From NCBI RefSeq assembly GCF_000143415.4, contig NW_003314267.1, forward strand, positions 1,185,309 to 1,249,308: a stretch of 64,000 bases of DNA. Reading direction: 5' to 3'. Both the position numbers and the translations under genes were made by a program. Below, piece by piece: positions 58,540 through 64,000 of this stretch (positions are counted from its first letter, which is position 1; every line of letters starts with the position of its first letter). The DNA is from Selaginella moellendorffii (Eukaryota > Plantae > Lycopodiophyta). A model generated the notes under the pieces. It worked only from the letters and a program-made list of their open reading frames with translations. It did no database searches and was not told the origin of the DNA.

Positions 58540-61500
58540 GCTTCCAGGCCATAACCAGAGCGAAGACTAGAATCGCACGCATCCTTTCTCAGCCTCTGGC
58601 ATAAAGCTACTGGAATTGTAACTATTGCTTCCTTTGCTTCTCACACAAGGTAATAACTCATCTCGGGTGCTGTCCAATTAGCCAGTGATAGTGTTACTTC
58701 TAGTCTTGGCAACGTTTTTTGTTTCCCACCAAGCCTCGAAGAAAACAAATAACTGTTTTTCTGAATCAGCAAAGTTTAAATGCTACAAACACTTATATGA
58801 TCTTCCTTCCTAGCTTGCACTTACACCATCAATTGGTGTAGAAAGTTGTGTATGACCCGAGCAACCTCTGTTTTGTAAGATATCTCCGCTCACTTCTTGC
58901 CTTGATGACGTTAGAGCCACCTTCTCTCCAGCCGATGAAAATCTGCCACCGAAGTTCTATCACTCCCGACGGGGATCATCACGGAGTGTTAAGCCACCGC
59001 CTTCAAGTTTTGATCCAAGTACCTAGCCATGCCTGCGACAACTTGATCCCGTCCACTGCACATCCTGATGCATTTGCATCGAAAGCTGGAACTCAGTGAG
59101 GCAGGAGCTCTCTCTTCCTCCTCCCCCACCTCCTCCTGATCACCGAGAGGACGTAGAGGAAGAAGAGGAAGAGCAGCGCAAACAGCAGCCCGGCAAGGAT
59201 TGGAAGAAGCAGCGGGGTTGCCGCCACAGCCGTCGCTTGCAAGTTGAGATCATTGGAGGAAGCCAGCTGAAGATACGCATTGCTGCTGCTGCCGCCACCT
59301 TCGCCTTCGAGCAGCGAGTTCAGAAAGGCATCACTGCTGCTAATGCCTTCTCCTTCAAATAACTCGATGAAATCACTGGCACTGGCACTGCTGCTGCTCA
59401 CCCCGACGTCATACACTAAACTCTGAGAGCTCGATATCGGAGTCTCTTCAGCTTCTTGAAACGTTTCAGTGTTGATCCTCTTGGCCTTCCCACCATCCTC
59501 GCCCAAGCTTCGAGGGAACCACCGCCACATAAAAGATGGTGGCGATGCTGGTGGTGGTGAAGCATTGCTGCTAGCCTCCTTAGTGTCACCAGTGCCGCCA
59601 GCCAGTAACTTCTGAGATGGAAATCCTGTCGCTGCATGGGACTTTAGCACCTGTTAAGTGTCCATCTTAGTACGAATATATCTGGTTCCTGTCAGCAGAG
59701 GCATACCTTGTAGGATGACTCCTCGGCCATTGCTGCTGCAAGTTCTTCACTATTCTTGTATGGAAGCCTCCTGTGCAATCCCACACCATCACCTCGCAAG
59801 CTCCGCCAAAAGACTGAAGCGGGTGTCGATGAAACATCAGCTTGCCTCAACAACTTTCGAGATCCTGCTGCTGCATGAGACTTTAGCACCTGTTCAGTGT
59901 AGATCTTAGTACAAATACATATCTGCTTCCTGTCAACAGAGACATACCTTGTGGGATGACTCCTCGGCCATTGCTGCCACAAGCTCTTGTCCTTCACTAT
60001 TCTTGTCTGGAGGCCTCCTGTGCTTTCTCACGCTGCTGGTGCCATCGCCTCTCAACCTCTGCCAAAAGACTGAAGCTTGTTCTCCATCTTGTTGTGGTCG
60101 CAGTGGAGCTATGAAGCGGAACAGAGAAGGTCCATTCTCGTTGGAGACGAAGATAGGAGGACCTGGCGCTGCTTCCAGAAGCATCCGTCGGGAACTGATA
60201 ACTGGGAATCGATGCCACCCCAGGAAGTTTTTGAGTTCTTCCCATAATTCCTGGGACGTCACCTCGTCCTCCTCCAAGCCCGCGTTCAAAAGCCTACTCC
60301 ACATTTCTTCTTTTATCGACTGAAGAGTGGTCGGTAGCTTCCAAGTCCACTCTCCAACTAGCTTCTTAAGTTCCTCCACCTCCGGATGCATTTCGGCTCT
60401 GGACGGTAGCTGCACCGACGGGAATGTCCAGGTCCGAAAGTAGCTCTGGATATCCTCCCAGCTCAGGTTGTCGTCGTCGTCGTCAATCGCAAGCGTCTTG
60501 CCACCAAGAGAAGTATACCGAACTGAATCCACAGCGCCAACCATGACCGCCTTTAGCTGCAAGAGAAGGTTGGTGCGGATCCAAGCAAACCATCTAAGCT
60601 CTCGAGTTACCTCTTGCGAATCATGGTTGTCATCCTCGAGTACAGGTAATGGTGGTGGATCATACTCGGGAACACTTGACGCTGTCGCGTGACTGCTGGC
60701 GATAACTGCCTCGAGCTGCGAGGGTGGTGCTGGCGAGGACGAATCCTCCAGCTCGATTGGAGTAACGGGCTGCAAGAGAAGATTAGCTACATCTGGAGTT
60801 ACCTCTTGCAAGTCATGCTCGTCATCCTCTTCGAGTACAGGTGCACCATACTCGGGAACACTTGATGCTGGGTCACTGCTGGCGATCACTGCCTCGAGCT
60901 GCGCTGGGAAATCCTCCGCTTTCTTGTTCGCTGTTGCGGCAGGAGTCTGCCCGCACGCGAAAAATGTCAAGGAACAAGAAAAAATGACAGAAACGAGCGA
61001 GCTGTACACACCTCAAGGAGGAGGGCCTTCAACCCTGTTGCCTGTGTGCTTGCCTGCGTGCTTGCCTGTGCTGGAGCGCGTCGCAACCAGGAGAACGCTA
61101 ATGCTAGAGCTTCCATCGCCGCCAATATAATAGGGCAGGGTTACTATGTAAAATATCTATTTAGAAGATCGTGAGAGACGAGGAATATTATCGAAGGAAT
61201 ATATGTAAAGAGATTTGCTGGATCTCAAGCAAGTCGCGAATCTGAGGATCATCAGCGGCCTTCTTTCAACCGCATCCCGCGTTTTGTACTGCTTCTGGAA
61301 GTGAACCACCCATCCTTCTGATTTATATCTAAGTTATGAAACCATTTCAACTCGCATCCTCTCAAACGTACCTCACCCTTTAAAAGACATTGCGCAGCGC
61401 AGACCGTTCAGCTGTGAGTCTTTGTATCCCCACTTACCCCGTTAGATCAGATTAAGAATATCACTTTTGAAGAGTGAGGGAGCATTGGAAACCCGTGTTG

Positions 61501-61655
61501 CGATTGTTGTACACAGTAACTCCAGATAGCCTGCAATAAAGAGAAACACGAAATACTTGACTATAGAAACTTCAATGTGGTGTGGCTGGTGGAAAACCTA
61601 GAACAAGTTAACTGGCAGCATCCTCTCAAATTCCTCTGCACGATGGAGGGTGTGT
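58540..61655 (-). repeat. Repeat unit A, copy 3 (inverted)
   Basis: Reverse complement of ~1390-4500 and ~16470-19520. Confidence 0.95.
59093..61116 (-). CDS. Intact 614-aa orphan protein with C-terminal TM anchor; exons 61116-61012, 60946-59948, 59889-59707, 59650-59093
   Basis: All exons are open with phase-0 GT-AG introns (105+999+183+558 nt). Ends LLLPILAGLLFALLFLFFLYVLSVIRRRWGRRKRELLPH. Confidence 0.75.
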
Positions 61656-61689
61656 ACTTGGGAAATGGAGGGAGCTACGAAGATTCCTT

Positions 61690-61905
61690 GCCTTTCCACG
61701 CACGAGACCTTGGTAGACGTCGCCATTTGCATAGTAAAACGTATTGCTTTCGCCTTGGACCCAATTTCCGTCGTAGAAGATCGTCCATCGACCTTGAAAA
61801 CGTAGAATCACGACGAGAAGGATTTACGATCGTTACTTCATTCATTTCTAGTTGTTCTCCTCCAGACCGTCCTTTATACGAACCACCTTGAAAGCACATC
61901 TCCAC
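61690..61905 (-). pseudogene. MORN-repeat gene fragment
   Basis: GRWTIFYDGNWVQG..TFYYANGDVYQG and GGSYKG motifs; frameshifted. Confidence 0.55.
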
Positions 61906-63904
61906 CGATGGAGGAGTTCGCCCGTTTTCCTGATGAAACTAATGACAAATATATGTAAGAACAAACCAAATGGAAACTTTGGCAGCTCGTTGCGACAGAG
62001 ATTGCTCTGGCCTGTTGCGATTTCTGTCTTGGGTCAACTCGACCCCGTCGATTCCCATCCTTAGAACGCCGGGCAGTCACGGGGGTGCATTTCATCCTTT
62101 TGTCTCTCTTGCTCGCAACAATTGGTTTTGGGACGTATACACCAGAAACCAGATGGGAATCATGTTGAGGGCTACCTGCGATTCGCTGCGCCCGATAGCC
62201 CAAGGATCTGAGCAGAACCGAATGATAGCAAATGAATGAAGTAGAGAAACGTATCTTACCATTTCTGGTATCGAGAATTCAATAGTTCCATCACCTATAA
62301 AAGACGATGGCAATTGTCATAAACGGGAAGCAATGTCGTAACTTACAGTTATCAGTCTCTTGTTAGTAATGTCTCGTCAACCTCACATAACTTGCAAAAG
62401 GACAAGTCATCTTACCGAGAAGCAAGTCATCAGCAGCTTTAAGAGTGGAAGAGCAAACAAGACCGAAACAGTAAAACTGACAGCTTATTAAGAAAGACTT
62501 ACTTTCGCTAGATGGTTTCGTGGCAATACAAACCAGCTAAGCGTATGCAAAAGCCTCCTACCAAGCACTGATATATAAAGGACTTTGCTTCTAATATTGT
62601 GTCTTCGACACTTCTAAATATTTGAGACTTAGAAAAGTTTGCACCTCAAGACCACCACCAGTGTGCACAGCCCTGAGTTTGGCACATACTGCGTCCAAGC
62701 CTTGACACAAAGAACAGAAAACATGCCCTTCAAATGGAAAATTACTCGTACAAACATACCAACACAATGTCAGTTCATGGATTTTCAATAAGTGGCCCTG
62801 CCATTTAGCAAAGAAATGTTCTGTAAAGGAGAAATAATTTGTTCTGGTTCTAAACTGTCACAACTCGCGAGCTCCACAATGTCGCCCGCGACGCCGATTC
62901 TAGCTTGGGATTTTTCTCCTTTTCTTGTCTAGAATCAACCACTCTTCTCTCTAAATACCTTCAAAACAACATCAAGAACTCCCTCTCTAACAACCTGTCA
63001 CACTTTCACGTCGAGGGCGGCTCTCAAGGACGTGTTGCAGCTGGCCGTGGATGGAGCTGGCAGAACAAGCGAGCAGGGTCTTGACGGGGCTTGACACTTT
63101 GTCATCTGCGCGGGCAGAGAAGCCCAGCTAGCCCGTTTCAGCTCCCTCAGCCATGCGACGCAAGATTAAACTCACGGCAAGACAAGGCCCTCTCAGCACA
63201 CTCTCCTCCTAGCTCCTCGTATTTGAGCATTTCAGCTTCTCAGCCAGCCGCCACAAGACAACAGCTTCTTCGGTCACATCTCAATATCAAGACACAAGCT
63301 ACACTGCTCATCGACAACAAGATCTAGACCATGGACCAGCTCAAGAAGTTCTGCTGCAAGTATGGTAACCTCTGCAGTATGGCAAAACAGGAGAAGAGCA
63401 TTCCTCAAGGATCTCAAGCACTGAGAGAAGGCAGCAGGCCCTACCAAATATGCCAAACTAACTTCAGCGTCCTTCAAGGATCAAGTCCAAGTAGCTCAAC
63501 TGTTGGACTTCGCCCCAGTTCCAATTGCGGAGTCAGCCAGCAACACCTTGGATGCCGAGAACTTGGCGTTACCATGATGTGGGCAATGGGAACTGAGTCA
63601 AGACCCAAGGCCACCTAAGCAAGACAATTTCCCCTCCCAAGCAAAGGAAGAAGTCAGAATTACATCAAGAGCCAAAGCATGACGAATGCTCAAGCAAAGA
63701 AAGAAGCTGTCACAGATAGACAAGCAAGAAAGCCACGTGGTCGAACCACTCGACCTCTCAAAGCCGAGCGTCGTCCGCAGCCCAGCCCCAAGACATCCCG
63801 TTAAGCACAATCCACCGTAGTCAATGGTCTTAAGCTTCTAAACAAAGGCCTAGTCAATATGGAAAGCAATGTTGCATCGAGAGAGAGCACAAATCGCCAA
63901 TTCC

Positions 63905-64000
63905 AAACCAAGATATACTCCTCGCATCTTGTGCAGCTTGGGAAGCAGGTTGCAACTGACAAGGTCAAGTGCTCATCAGCCAAGATCACTATTACAATCA
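63905..64000 (-). repeat. Inverted copy of unit A positions ~1012-1100, runs off window end
   Basis: 'gcatcttgtgcagcttgggaagcaggttgcaactgacaaggtcaagtg' is the reverse complement of ~1040-1090. Confidence 0.85.

Overview
Eukaryotic land-plant genomic DNA. Very short GT-AG introns (about 50-90 nt), extreme gene density and a PLS-type PPR gene make a lycophyte such as Selaginella likely, but this is inferred, not verified. Positions 1-29 kb are a rearranged repeat mosaic. It holds two direct copies of a ~4.5-kb unit carrying a lineage-specific 4-exon tail-anchored-protein gene and a divergent F-box-like ORF. It also holds three decayed Ty3/gypsy pol remnants, a nested ~650-bp TRIM, a 5S-rRNA-like segment (Cassandra-like), a 1-kb inversion and scattered host-gene fragments. 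Positions 29-58 kb are a compact gene block: CYP703-like P450, phosphomevalonate kinase, tRNA-Thr(CGT), ENGase, an MLKL-like helical domain + pseudokinase + SEL1 protein, PPR-E, SHAQKYF MYB, a Crinkler-like pseudogene, HsfB, MIA40, Josephin, several small orphan genes, TSR2, NUP50 and NKAP. Positions 58-64 kb hold a third, inverted copy of the repeat unit with an apparently intact 614-aa gene. The most notable items are the MLKL-like pseudokinase-SEL1 gene, the Crinkler-like NTPase/nuclease relic, the 5S-containing retroelement sequence, the amplified orphan gene family and a tRNA with no nearby T4 terminator just upstream of ENGase. All calls come from reading the sequence by eye; no searches were run.
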